A DNA stretch of 64,000 bases from Wickerhamiella versatilis (lineage: Eukaryota). Under the pieces are notes generated by a model, which saw only the letters and a program-made list of their open reading frames with translations, had not been told where the DNA came from and did not search any database. Of this stretch, positions 22,868 to 33,207 are shown in pieces. The DNA is taken from assembly GCA_030867685.1 (NCBI GenBank), contig JAQOWU010000008.1, positions 248,001-312,000 of the forward strand, read 5' to 3'. The stretch's first letter is position 1. Each line of letters starts with the position of its first letter. The translations under genes were made by a program, and so were the position numbers.

Positions 22868-24007
22868 ATGAGGATACAACCGTTCGGAGTCGAACAGTGG
22901 ATGAATGAGTGGGAGCGGCATTGTAAATATAACCTTGCCGAAACTTGCGTTGACTCCCTTACTCTAGGTGAACTCTTGGAACTTTCGGGTGATGCTAGCA
23001 GAATAGTTGAGGAAATGAAGGACTTGAAGATGACATATGGCGATATAGAAGGTTCAACTAGATTACGATCCCTTATTGCTGCATTATACAACACTCAAGA
23101 GGCAGACAATGTTTTAATTACCCATGGAGCAATAGGGGCCAATTCGTTAGTCTACAAAACACTAGTAAATCCTGGAGATACTACAATTTCGGTAGTACCT
23201 ACTTATCAGCAACACTATGCTATTCCACGAAGCTACGGTGCCAATGTTAAGATACTACGTCTTCATGAAGAGAACGGCTTCTTGCCTGAAGTAGAAGAGT
23301 TGAAGCGCTTAATAGACAAAAACACGAAGGTGATTTCTATCAATAACCCTAATAATCCTACTGGGGCTTTGATGAAGCGCGAGCTTCTGGAGCAAATTGT
23401 TAGCGTCGCGCGTGAAGTTGATGCGTGGCTTCTTTGCGATGAGGTTTATCGGGGAACCGATCATGAAGGGGAAGGGACTACAAGCTCAGTAGCAGATATG
23501 TATGAAAAGGGAATCAGTACGGGAAGCATGTCGAAGACTTATTCCTTAGCAGGCTTGCGTTTGGGTTGGATAGTGGGACCCAAGAAACTATTATCACAAG
23601 TAGAGCTACATCGCGACTACGATACAATCAGTGTAGGTGTCCTTGATGATTACCTTGCCACTATAGCGCTCGAAAATGTGGGAAAAATTCTTACTCGAAG
23701 CCGAAAAATACTTTCCCATAATTTGAATATTTTGGATAAATGGGTAGCAAAAGAGCCATTAATCACATACGTGAAACCTACTTCGGGTACTACTGCCTTA
23801 TTGAAGTACAATTTACCAATAAAGTCGCGTGACTTTTGTGCTCAGTTATTGGAAAGATATGGGGTAATGTTTACGCCAGGGGAAGTAATGGAAATGGAGG
23901 GGTACTTACGTATTGGATTTACCAACAATATAAGAATCCTAGAGAGCGGATTGGCGTTGGTCAGTATTTTTTTGAAGGATATCTCCACAGACATCAGCTT
24001 AAATTGA
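22868..24007 (+). CDS. PLP-dependent class I/II aminotransferase, bacterial type
   Basis: FGVEQWMNE...NLAETCVDSLT, THGAIGAN, PTYQQHY, NNPNNPTG, DEVYRG, SMSKTYSLAGLRLGW (PLP lysine). First ATG at 22868. Confidence 0.9.
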   Translation: MRIQPFGVEQWMNEWERHCKYNLAETCVDSLTLGELLELSGDASRIVEEMKDLKMTYGDIEGSTRLRSLIAALYNTQEADNVLITHGAIGANSLVYKTLVNPGDTTISVVPTYQQHYAIPRSYGANVKILRLHEENGFLPEVEELKRLIDKNTKVISINNPNNPTGALMKRELLEQIVSVAREVDAWLLCDEVYRGTDHEGEGTTSSVADMYEKGISTGSMSKTYSLAGLRLGWIVGPKKLLSQVELHRDYDTISVGVLDDYLATIALENVGKILTRSRKILSHNLNILDKWVAKEPLITYVKPTSGTTALLKYNLPIKSRDFCAQLLERYGVMFTPGEVMEMEGYLRIGFTNNIRILESGLALVSIFLKDISTDISLN

Positions 24008-24199
24008 AATAAGTTAATTTTTTCAAATGGCTGAAATAATAAATAACCATAAAAATTTCGCAATATGCCCAACCAATAGCATAATTTTTTCTAGCTGGTA
24101 GCCGTTATATGTGATGGAGACATATCACAGAGTTTGTTACATAACAGCTATCGTCGTCTTGAGGCAGTGCCATTTTACAGCACTAACTGGGCAAAACTG

Positions 24200-25774
24200 A
24201 TGCAGGAAGAAGATAAAAGGCTGCAAGATATAGGTAATATGCCAACTTCAGAAGCTGATGACGTAGAAATCGGACGAGTTACCCCTAAAGAAAAGGAAGA
24301 GGAAAGCCCGCCATATAATGCATTGAACCCTCGCTATCGCATTCTTATCTCAGCATGTCTGACTATAGCCGGTGTCATTTCGCCTCTCACAGCAAGTATA
24401 TTTTTCCCCGTCATTCCGGATATGGCGAAGTCTCTCAAGACGGATGTTGAAAGTGTAAACCTTCTTGTCACTTACTATATGATTGTTCAGGGGATTGCAC
24501 CCGCTATATGGGCCAGTGTAGCGGATGTTATGGGAAGAAGAAATATATATATATTGACAATGATCGTATACGTGGGGACAAGCATAGGAATCGCAAATTG
24601 TAACAAATACAGTGGGATTGCAGCACTCCGAGCCTTTCAGGCATTTGGATCTTCCCCAGTTATTGCAATTGGAGCTGGAACAATCAGTGATATTTTTTCC
24701 CCGGCAGAGCGTGGATTCTATGTTGGCATATTTTCGGTGGGCATTCAGTTAGGACCGGCAGCTGGGCCAGTATTTTCTGCGCTGATTGCCCATCGATGGG
24801 GCTGGCATGCCATTTTTTATTTTTTAGCATGTTTGGGAGGTGTGGTTGTTATACTTGTTGTTTTTTTTGTTCCGGAAACACTACGCTCCATAGTATGGAA
24901 TGGCAGTGTGAAACCAAAATCAAGGTGGCATCGCTCGTGGATATCGCTTGTTAGAGGTGCATTAGGTAGAAGCAATGAATTTGAATATACCGAAATTCCG
25001 GAAAACGCGCGTGATGTTCCAAGGCGGAAAGGTTTCCGACAGATCAGACCATGGATGTCTTTCAGGCTGTTACTTACGAATCTTCAAATGACAAGCTTAC
25101 TAGCTTTAGTAGCAGTGCTTTTTGGCTTATTCTATTGCATTCAAGTCAGCATGTCCAGACTCTACCAAGATGAATACCATCTTACTTTGATAGAAGTTGG
25201 CCTCTGCTTTTTGCCTACAGGGTTTGGTAGTATGCTAGGGGCCCTAGTCAACGGAAGATATTTAAATTGGGAATTCAAAAAATTAAAAGAGACAGCTGAA
25301 TCTAATCATGGGCATGAAAGATGTGACGTAACTGATCTTCGGGACTTTCCTCTCGAAATTGCACGATTCCGCCTTATTCCTATTCATATAAGCATTTGCT
25401 CGTTCACAGCACTCATCTATGGCTGGTGTGTTGACAAAAAAGTGAGTATAGCAGTGCCTTTAGTGATGCAGGCAATATTTGGGTTCTGTTTTACTGGTGT
25501 GTCTAACAGTGTTAATACGTACTTGGTAGATATCAACCCAGACTCAAGCTCTTCGTCTTCTGCAGCGAATAATCTTACTCGCTGTCTTTTTGGAGCAGCA
25601 TGCACAGCTTTCATTACGCCAATGATGAATAAAATTGGCACAGGCTGGACTTTTACTTTTTTCTGCTTTTTGACACTCAGCGTGCTCCCGATAATACTAT
25701 GCCAGTTTAGATATGGGCAGGTCTGGCGTAAGAGACGAATTTTAAAGTATGAGTCTGTGAAGCTTGCAACTTGA
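24200..25774 (+). CDS. MFS drug:H+ antiporter, DHA1 family (QDR-like)
   Basis: SPLTASIFFP, YMIVQGIAP, DVMGRR, GAGTISDI..ERG, PETLRSIV, FPLEIAR, AANNLTRCLFGA. First ATG at 24200. Confidence 0.9.
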   Translation: MQEEDKRLQDIGNMPTSEADDVEIGRVTPKEKEEESPPYNALNPRYRILISACLTIAGVISPLTASIFFPVIPDMAKSLKTDVESVNLLVTYYMIVQGIAPAIWASVADVMGRRNIYILTMIVYVGTSIGIANCNKYSGIAALRAFQAFGSSPVIAIGAGTISDIFSPAERGFYVGIFSVGIQLGPAAGPVFSALIAHRWGWHAIFYFLACLGGVVVILVVFFVPETLRSIVWNGSVKPKSRWHRSWISLVRGALGRSNEFEYTEIPENARDVPRRKGFRQIRPWMSFRLLLTNLQMTSLLALVAVLFGLFYCIQVSMSRLYQDEYHLTLIEVGLCFLPTGFGSMLGALVNGRYLNWEFKKLKETAESNHGHERCDVTDLRDFPLEIARFRLIPIHISICSFTALIYGWCVDKKVSIAVPLVMQAIFGFCFTGVSNSVNTYLVDINPDSSSSSSAANNLTRCLFGAACTAFITPMMNKIGTGWTFTFFCFLTLSVLPIILCQFRYGQVWRKRRILKYESVKLAT

Positions 25775-25985
25775 GACGATAATTTCTCTAAAAAATTTCG
25801 AGCTGTTTCGGGCTGAAGCTTTCGTTTGGGCTATCTTGCAATGTCCAACCAGTCTCAGGTAGTGAAGTGGGTAGTTACATTAAACCCTTGCATTTCCTTT
25901 AATTTATTTAGGGTAGAATTATTCCTGTTAGTCACAATATCTCCAAAAAAGTACTGTTCAAACTACAGCCAACTACTTTTTTTAT

Positions 25986-26687
25986 TTAGAACATAGCTCG
26001 AGTCACACCACCATCCACTCGGAGGTTCTGTCCCGTGACGTAGCTGCTGTCAACTGTCAAAAGAAATGCTGCTGCTTTCGCTTGCTCTTCAACTCGGGCA
26101 ATCCGCTTCAACGCTGCTAGTTCTCCATAATCACCGACATCCAAACTATCAGTAAATCCAGGCAGCAAACAGTTCATGCGGATATTGTTTGACCCATAAC
26201 GGTCTGAGTATAGTTTTGTAAAGGATGCGACACCAGCACGATAAACGCAACCAGCAGGATACCAGAGAGATGGCTCTCCTGTAGCATAACTAGTAACATT
26301 CACAATCGAGCCGCTGCCCTGCTTCTTCATTATTGGAGTGACAAGTTTAGCCATTCGTATGACAAACTTCAGAACCATATCACTAGCCAAGTCCCAATCT
26401 GCCTCTGAAATCTCTAGTAAATCACCTTTAGGTGGATGTCCAGTGTGATTCAAGACGGCATCTATCCGACCATATGTCGACATAGTTAAGTCTACTAATG
26501 CCTTCAAATCATCATAGCGTTGAGCCACACCGCGATGAGCCACACCGCCAAGTTCTGAGGCTAGCTTTTCGCAGCTTTCCGATGGTGACATTAATGCCAA
26601 CTTGTATCCGCGAGCATGCATTTCCCGGGCGATCGCCCCACCAATGCCTCGTCCACCACCAACAACTATGCAGACCTTCTCAGCCAT
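25986..26687 (-). CDS. Short-chain dehydrogenase/reductase, bacterial type, with an atypical catalytic motif
   Basis: ATG at 26687 gives 233 aa. GGGRGIG, GRIDAVLN, NIRMNCLLPG, GQNLRVDGG. No canonical YxxxK (PAGCVYRAG instead). Confidence 0.85.
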   Translation of the reverse strand: MAEKVCIVVGGGRGIGGAIAREMHARGYKLALMSPSESCEKLASELGGVAHRGVAQRYDDLKALVDLTMSTYGRIDAVLNHTGHPPKGDLLEISEADWDLASDMVLKFVIRMAKLVTPIMKKQGSGSIVNVTSYATGEPSLWYPAGCVYRAGVASFTKLYSDRYGSNNIRMNCLLPGFTDSLDVGDYGELAALKRIARVEEQAKAAAFLLTVDSSYVTGQNLRVDGGVTRAMF

Positions 26688-27236
26688 TACTTCCAGGAGG
26701 ATTGATTTACAAAGTCTAGCGGTTCTTGGCCTATTTAAGATCGATTCTATGACAAATCCAATTGCCGCTGCCCTAGATTTAAGCGCGCACCAAGAGAAGG
26801 ATGGTTGCACAAATTCCGTTACCTTGATGGGGAGAGTCAATAAAAAAGATATGCTTCGGATTGACTAGAGCAATTTACTAAGATAGAGTGAATCATGTAC
26901 TTGTTGCATCGCAGAATTGAAACTTTTTGAGGGCGGCATCTATTGCACGATACTGACTAATTGACATTCTATATCGATCTCGAATGTAACATAATCTACT
27001 GCTCGCGACATATTTTCATACTGACGTTAGTTACGAAATAGATTGACAATTAAATCACATAATTCTGTGATATTGGCAAACCCCGGCCAGGATCATGTAC
27101 CTTGATATCAGATACCACGCAAAACATATGTAGTCGAGGAATATCGTCTCAGTCAGTCTATCCTGGATTTAACTTGCTTACATACAACAAGACATCTTCG
27201 TGCAGTTGTGTGCCTTCTATTTACCTGATTTGACAC

Positions 27237-27836
27237 ATGGATAGGATGTCGAAGCTATCGAAAGGAGTCAAGAAAGTGTTGCTCATAAATGCGAGCAAGA
27301 AATTCTCGGCCTCTGAGGGACGTCTGAATTCGACGCTGCATGAAACAGCGAGAAATACCCTTACTGCGCGGGGTATACTGGTGGATTCCACGAAAATAGA
27401 TGATGGATATGATCCTGATACCGAATGCAACAAGTTTCTTTGGGCTGATGCAGTTATATACCAGTTCCCTGCCTGGTGGATGGGCATGCCGTGGCATGTT
27501 AAGAAATACATAGATGAGGTCCTCCAGGCAGGATTTGGTAAATTATGGAAAATTGATGCCGATACACCGTGGGGAGAAGGCGGATTGATCGGTGGAAGAT
27601 ACATAATGGCTTCCACGACGTGGAATGCCCCAAGAGAGGCATTTGGCGACAAAAGCGGGTTCTTTGCCGGGAAATCTATAGAGGATGTGCTTGTACAGTT
27701 CTATAGTACCCATCAGTTCTTAGGAATGAGTGCACTACCAACTTTTATGGTCAACGAGGTCATTGATAATCCTGATGTCGAACTAGCAATATCACGCTAT
27801 CAAGAACACTTATCTGTAACATTTGATCTTGGCTGA
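27237..27836 (+). CDS. mdaB: MdaB-type NAD(P)H:quinone oxidoreductase (flavodoxin_2 fold)
   Basis: LLINASKKF..SEGRLNSTL, FLWADAVIYQFPAWWMGMPWHVKKYIDEV, TWNAPREAF, QFLGMSALPTFMVNEVI match the layout of E. coli MdaB as recalled. Confidence 0.9.
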   Translation: MDRMSKLSKGVKKVLLINASKKFSASEGRLNSTLHETARNTLTARGILVDSTKIDDGYDPDTECNKFLWADAVIYQFPAWWMGMPWHVKKYIDEVLQAGFGKLWKIDADTPWGEGGLIGGRYIMASTTWNAPREAFGDKSGFFAGKSIEDVLVQFYSTHQFLGMSALPTFMVNEVIDNPDVELAISRYQEHLSVTFDLG

Positions 27837-28320
27837 GGAGTTAATACTCTTGATGTGAATATGGCAAATATCAGGTTTAGACCAGCAGATGTCTAGTTAA
27901 TGATGATTCTGGCATATCACTCTATTAGTCTCTGAATCAACACATAAGAAATTTCATAGACAATGATTTTGTTTAAATATTTGTATCCGAATATTTATGT
28001 CTGCCTCAGCCTCTTTTGCCAGGGATTCCAAGTATTTTGATGAATGCTGCAGAAGTTAATTACGTAACATACGGATGAGCCTCTTTAGATGTCAGACGCC
28101 TCTACTTGTTACTGTATCTCAGATAAATATATCAAGAATCTATTCATGGATACAGTGAATCACCATATTATTTTTATTTTTTTAGGGAGATATGAGGTTA
28201 TGATCCTAACGCTTGTCCTCTTGTCCGGGGTATGACCATTGGTCCTAGCTTATTAAGCCGAACACCCTACACCTGTGGCAGTTGATTGAGAACCAACAAA
28301 CTGGAGAAAGACAGGCAAGA

Positions 28321-29487
28321 ATGGCTGTAGGCTCATTCGAATCCTTGGAGACGTCAGATAAATCTCGGGAGAAAAAACATTTTGTAGGGCTGGATGGACT
28401 GCGCGGGGTTGCGGCGCTCATGGTGCTTTGCGTTCATCTGGTCGAACCTTACTACCTACACGCTACCATGGACCAGCCACTCTACCATGCATACCTTGCT
28501 GTTGATTTTTTCTATGTTTTGTCAGGATTTGTGATTGCATACGCGTATGATGATCGATGGCAGGGAGCCAATCCTCTGACAGTTAAAGAGTTTCTCCGAC
28601 GGAGGATCATCCGTTTACAGCCTATGGCGGTACTGGGAACAGTTATTGGGGCTTCTCTCTTTTATTTCCAAGCGAGTCCCACGTTTCCTATCATTCAAAG
28701 GACGCCTTGGTGGAAGGTTGTAGTTCAAGTTATACTAGGCTGCTTAATGATCCCTTCCACGAGAAATATCGACATAAGAGGATGGGATGAGACCTATCCA
28801 TTGAACGGACCAGCTTGGACGCTTTTCTATGAGTACATAGCAAATGTACTTTACGCTGTCACGTTGCGCAGCCTTCCAATCTACAAGCTTGTGCTTACTA
28901 CTGGTGCAGCTGGATTCCTTGTAATAGTGATGTGTCTCAATGCTCCTAGTGGTGATGGTGGAGTAGCAGGCGGATGGGTACTTGAACCGACACATATTGC
29001 TATAGCTTTTACTCGACTGCTATACCCTTTTCTATGCGGCATTTTACTTTGTCGCTTGCGTAAAAAGTCTTCTCTGTGGCAACCTAAGACGAGACACCCA
29101 TTTATCGTTAGCGTTTTGCTGTTGACATTTATTCTTGCGGTTCCCTATCCAGGGGGTAAAATCAGGAATGGCCTTTATGAGGTAATTTGCATACTTGTGG
29201 CTTTTCCAGTAATAGTGATAATCGGTGCTGATACAAATGAGCAGGAAATGGAGCCCGGTAGTTTACTCTATGAAACCGCAAAGTTTCTTGGTGGCCTCTC
29301 TTATCCCCTTTATCTGTCACATATGCCCTTTGCCTACATTTATATGAACAGTATCAATAATGGACTAGTGAGCAGAAAAGCGAAGCTTTCAGTGTCTTTT
29401 GTGTTCCTTATCACCGCTATCTGTTCAGGCTACTTGAGCTGGAAATATTTCGATGAACCGGTTCGTCGCCTCATCAATCGTCGTTGA
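28321..29487 (+). CDS. Acyltransferase family 3 (OafA/YrhL-like) integral membrane O-acyltransferase, bacterial type
   Basis: LDGLRGVAA, YLAVDFFYVLSGFVIAYAYDDRW, RRIIRLQP, DIRGW..PLNGPAWTLFYEYIAN, LSYPLYLSH, FDEPVRR. First ATG at 28321. Confidence 0.9.
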   Translation: MAVGSFESLETSDKSREKKHFVGLDGLRGVAALMVLCVHLVEPYYLHATMDQPLYHAYLAVDFFYVLSGFVIAYAYDDRWQGANPLTVKEFLRRRIIRLQPMAVLGTVIGASLFYFQASPTFPIIQRTPWWKVVVQVILGCLMIPSTRNIDIRGWDETYPLNGPAWTLFYEYIANVLYAVTLRSLPIYKLVLTTGAAGFLVIVMCLNAPSGDGGVAGGWVLEPTHIAIAFTRLLYPFLCGILLCRLRKKSSLWQPKTRHPFIVSVLLLTFILAVPYPGGKIRNGLYEVICILVAFPVIVIIGADTNEQEMEPGSLLYETAKFLGGLSYPLYLSHMPFAYIYMNSINNGLVSRKAKLSVSFVFLITAICSGYLSWKYFDEPVRRLINRR

Positions 29488-30276
29488 GTCTATGCTCTTT
29501 CCCCACCGGGCAGACAGATAACGTAGCAATACTTTTCCGCTCGCCCTATGTGAATATAAGAAAGATGCGTTATTGAAATGCAGATCGCTAATTCATTTCT
29601 TTGAAGATTTGAAGCTAAAAATAAAGGAGAAGAGTAGTAAAATACACTATTCTTGCTCAATTCTACAATGAAAACACTTTCGAGTCAAATAGATTGGGTA
29701 TGCTGATCGTTCACGAAACTTAGGAGCCCAGTGGATGCTTAATATATATGCAGAAACTGTATTGGATACTTTATTAATACGTCGTAATATTGTCAAGAAC
29801 TTATGCACTAGTGCAACGTGATTTGTGGAGTTCAGATGGAGACTTGAAGTTCAAAATAAACTTGCAACTTACAATGTCAAATTTGAATATACGTTTCTAG
29901 TAGCATCATCTATCTATATAGCGGTACTCAACAACTTTTAAAGAGCTTGTTGAGCGATGTCTTGTTCGTTCGTCCAACTCCCAACCTCTGCGGTACTCAC
30001 TTAGGCTTATTTTTTGACATTGTTTGTATACCCATACCCGCATAATATGTATAGCTCAGGAATAAAACTTCATGAACATTTAATAAATATATGATATTTA
30101 TTCTCTCTCAATATGACTTGACAATTCCAGTTGATTACCCTCTAAAAAAGTACCCTTCGGGTACCTCGACATGGGGGCTTTTGGTTAAGTCATTGATCAC
30201 GAAGCCTGACTGACGCAGACACACACATATATATATACATATACAGATTTATTCGTATCACCCGGAAAACATAATC

Positions 30277-30588
30277 ATGACAAACGAGTCCGAGGTTTTT
30301 CCACGATTCTGCTCAGTTTGTGAAAGACAGCTTATCAGTGGCAGCAACTTGTACTGTTCTGAGCAATGCCGGCTTATTGACGCAACCCCATGCAAGGAAT
30401 GTGGTCACTTTCATGAAAAACCTTCGCTTATTGGGTGTAGAAAGTATGCATTTTTATATCCCTCCGTTTTCCACTCCCATAGTCCTCTTTCTTCATCTAC
30501 ACTTCTGGAGCTTGACCTTTCGGAATCAGACGGAGGGCTGGATACTGCTTGGCCGTTCACTTCGGTCCCATGTAACATGAGTGAGTAG
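30277..30588 (+). CDS. ECL1: Ecl1-family protein (extender of chronological lifespan)
   Basis: N-terminal FCSVCERQ...LYCSEQCRLID four-Cys motif in a short Ser-rich protein. Confidence 0.7.
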   Translation: MTNESEVFPRFCSVCERQLISGSNLYCSEQCRLIDATPCKECGHFHEKPSLIGCRKYAFLYPSVFHSHSPLSSSTLLELDLSESDGGLDTAWPFTSVPCNMSE

Positions 30589-31706
30589 TCTCAAACAACT
30601 TATAGTAAGGTTTATGGAGCTACATACAATGAACAGGCTTCAGGTTATTGTTGATATTTATTTAATGCTTCGCAGCTACATTTATGAATACTGCGACTGT
30701 GAAAAAAAAATTACTGTGGCTTCACAAATAGCCCACATTCTTTGATTTTTTAATAAATATGGTTGGACAATGCAAGATATCCCATAAATGGTTTATTTAG
30801 GATATGTAACCAAGCTAAGAAAGTTCAAGGTGTAGATTTGATACTAAAAGTTCATGATCTAGAAAACATAAGTGATATGATACACTGGGATGGTGCCCTA
30901 TTCGAAAGACAAATTTTGGCCACTCATAAAAAGACAGAGAGTGAAGTCCTTCCGGTTACAGTAAGTTGCTGCGACAATTTAGTTTCTAATATGATTCCTA
31001 TATATTAGTCACTAGGCATAATACCTGCTCGCAGCCGATATGAAACACTAATTCTTACAGTTCAGTTCGAAAAATATACACATCATGTCATGCCAATAGA
31101 GTCATTTCTCTTTATATTAAATAATCGCAAAAAGTGGTCAGATTTTTAGATGATATTATTCGAGTCACCTGCCAGTCACGAAATTCTTTTTAACCTTGCT
31201 GCTCCAGAAGCGCCTAAAAGAAGTAGGTATCTATAAGATCGTTGAGAATTGGCTGTACCAATCTAAGCTCAGTAAATGATTGCAATTTTTGCTGTTGCAT
31301 CTGTATCCATCCCGCCATTAAGCAATGATGGGTACCTCCCATACTCATATGTGCCACGTTTCCAGTGAAATTTCACATTATGTTAACTAGTATGAAATCC
31401 CTAAATTATCTCATCTTACATCGTGAGTAGTAGTATAGATAGGACATATTTAATGGGTAATTTGGCATTTTCAAACCTATATTCAATGCCAGAAAGGAAT
31501 AAAAAACTTTGGAAAAAAATAGAATAAGCATCATTCGATAAAATAAAGGTTGTTATACAGGCAGGGGAAGCGATTGGTGCTAGATGTAAATATACCCACA
31601 CTTTCGGTGAAATTTAAGATATGTACTAGAGATATCCACACAGACTGAGCCTATAAATTATTCCTACCGAGAAAGGATCTTTTCAACGATTACCCCATAT
31701 ATAGCT

Positions 31707-33131
31707 TCATGCGCTCTTTAGTAGGAAAGTGAAGGACAGGAGAACCAAAAATACCAAAACCAGGATATCGAAACTAAAACTTGGCAGCCATTGAAATGAC
31801 CAAGACATGAGCTTTAGGAACAAAGGAGGCAGTAAAACTCCAATAATAGACATTACAATGCTCATAGCTGCCTGAAACGAGCCACTGCGCTCTGGTGGCA
31901 CAACCTTCAACAATGCACCTTTATATGCCGGCGCTCCTATAGCTGAGGTGGCATCAAGTACACCACCAAGATAAAATTGTAAACTATTTTTGGATAAACC
32001 CATAACAAGATAGCCACAGGCACACATTAAGAGGGCAAACCGCACTAAATTCGCATCTACCTTATCAATGCCATGTGGATTGATGGTCCAGAGTCTGCTG
32101 AAAAAGAAAGAAACTATGGGAAAACCAATAACAAGACAAAAGGCCCGCCATAATGCAGTTACGGATATATAGTATCCAGACTCAACAGCAGACCAGCCAA
32201 ATAGACGTTTTGGGTAGAGAAATATTACATAGACAAATGTCATTGCTATATCGGTTCCCAGAAGAGAGCACAAAAGCATGATTCGTGAATTGGTCTTTTC
32301 ACGCCGGTTATTAAGGCGACTAAAAAGTAGATTTTCCAGTATTTCCTTAGGCTGAAGATGCTCTTTTACGGCCTGATGTCCATGTGCCCCCCGTGGATTA
32401 TCATTCATAGAAAAGTGTAGCAATATACCACAGAGAAAAGTAGATGAGAAAGTTAATATATACAAAACATTTTGCGAGGTCCAATGTATGATCAAAGATC
32501 CTAACGTGGGGCCAATAGCAACAGATAAATGAGTAAGACCATCAAGTACTGCAAAAAACCGAGTACGCTGAGATACATTCGTAGTAGAATCAGTAATGTA
32601 GGAGACTATTGCCATATTTACAACAGACTGCGAACCCCCAAGACCATCGATTAAAATAGGTACTATTAACCACCAATGTGTGCTTAAAGCACCAGAAAAG
32701 GCAAGCGACCACCAGGTTAACTGAGCTATTCCACTCACCATAATACCACCAAATGCTACTGGCTTACGCCCTATGGCATCACTTAGCGTACCTAAAATGG
32801 TATTCATAATAATACTCAGAAGCCCACGAAGAATTGTGATAGCTGAAGTAAATACAGCCACTTTATCACTAGCTTCCGAGCTGGTAAGACATTCATGCTG
32901 CTGCAGGTTCAGAGGACGGCATATAAGCGCATAAATAATATCAATATTGACTGTAAAAGGTAACATACTGATCACTGAGTACAGTGCTATTACACCAAGA
33001 ATTAAGAAGATATTGGAGCGGGAGTTTGTACCAGACAACACTCTCCTAGAATTACCAGGAATTTCTTGAAGTTCATAATAGGGGGCATTTTCTTCAGCAG
33101 GCTCGAAATATACCTGTCTCGGTGATGCCAT
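31707..33131 (-). CDS. MFS transporter, fungal SLC46/YJL163C-like
   Basis: 474 aa with about 12 TM segments. LICR...EC luminal loop, GTLSDAIGRK motif A, SYITDST...RTRFF, GPTLG, FGWS. Confidence 0.85.
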   Translation of the reverse strand: MASPRQVYFEPAEENAPYYELQEIPGNSRRVLSGTNSRSNIFLILGVIALYSVISMLPFTVNIDIIYALICRPLNLQQHECLTSSEASDKVAVFTSAITILRGLLSIIMNTILGTLSDAIGRKPVAFGGIMVSGIAQLTWWSLAFSGALSTHWWLIVPILIDGLGGSQSVVNMAIVSYITDSTTNVSQRTRFFAVLDGLTHLSVAIGPTLGSLIIHWTSQNVLYILTFSSTFLCGILLHFSMNDNPRGAHGHQAVKEHLQPKEILENLLFSRLNNRREKTNSRIMLLCSLLGTDIAMTFVYVIFLYPKRLFGWSAVESGYYISVTALWRAFCLVIGFPIVSFFFSRLWTINPHGIDKVDANLVRFALLMCACGYLVMGLSKNSLQFYLGGVLDATSAIGAPAYKGALLKVVPPERSGSFQAAMSIVMSIIGVLLPPLFLKLMSWSFQWLPSFSFDILVLVFLVLLSFTFLLKSA

Positions 33132-33207
33132 AGCCCCTCAGTCTCTCAAAAAAGGTCAATAACCAGTCTGACTAACACATGGAATAACTTGGTCTCTAAA
33201 ATTTGGA
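33132..33207. promoter_or_regulatory. 76-bp spacer between the divergent MFS and TetR start codons; candidate shared regulatory region
   Basis: Contains GTCA-N10-TGAC (33155-33172), the palindrome AGTC-T-GACT (33165-33173) and a near-direct repeat GTCTCTCAAA/GTCTCTAAAA. All are short and may be chance. Confidence 0.35.

Noticed and set aside
22868-24007. The aminotransferase as an ACC synthase partnering acdS
   Set aside because: It shares only the general PLP fold. I recognised no ACC-synthase-specific motifs, and it lies 13 kb away.
11622-29487. CYP52 plus acyltransferase plus transporter as a sophorolipid-type glycolipid cluster
   Set aside because: There is no UDP-glucosyltransferase or ABC transporter in the window, the genes are far apart, and the AT3 is not the acetyltransferase type known from that cluster.
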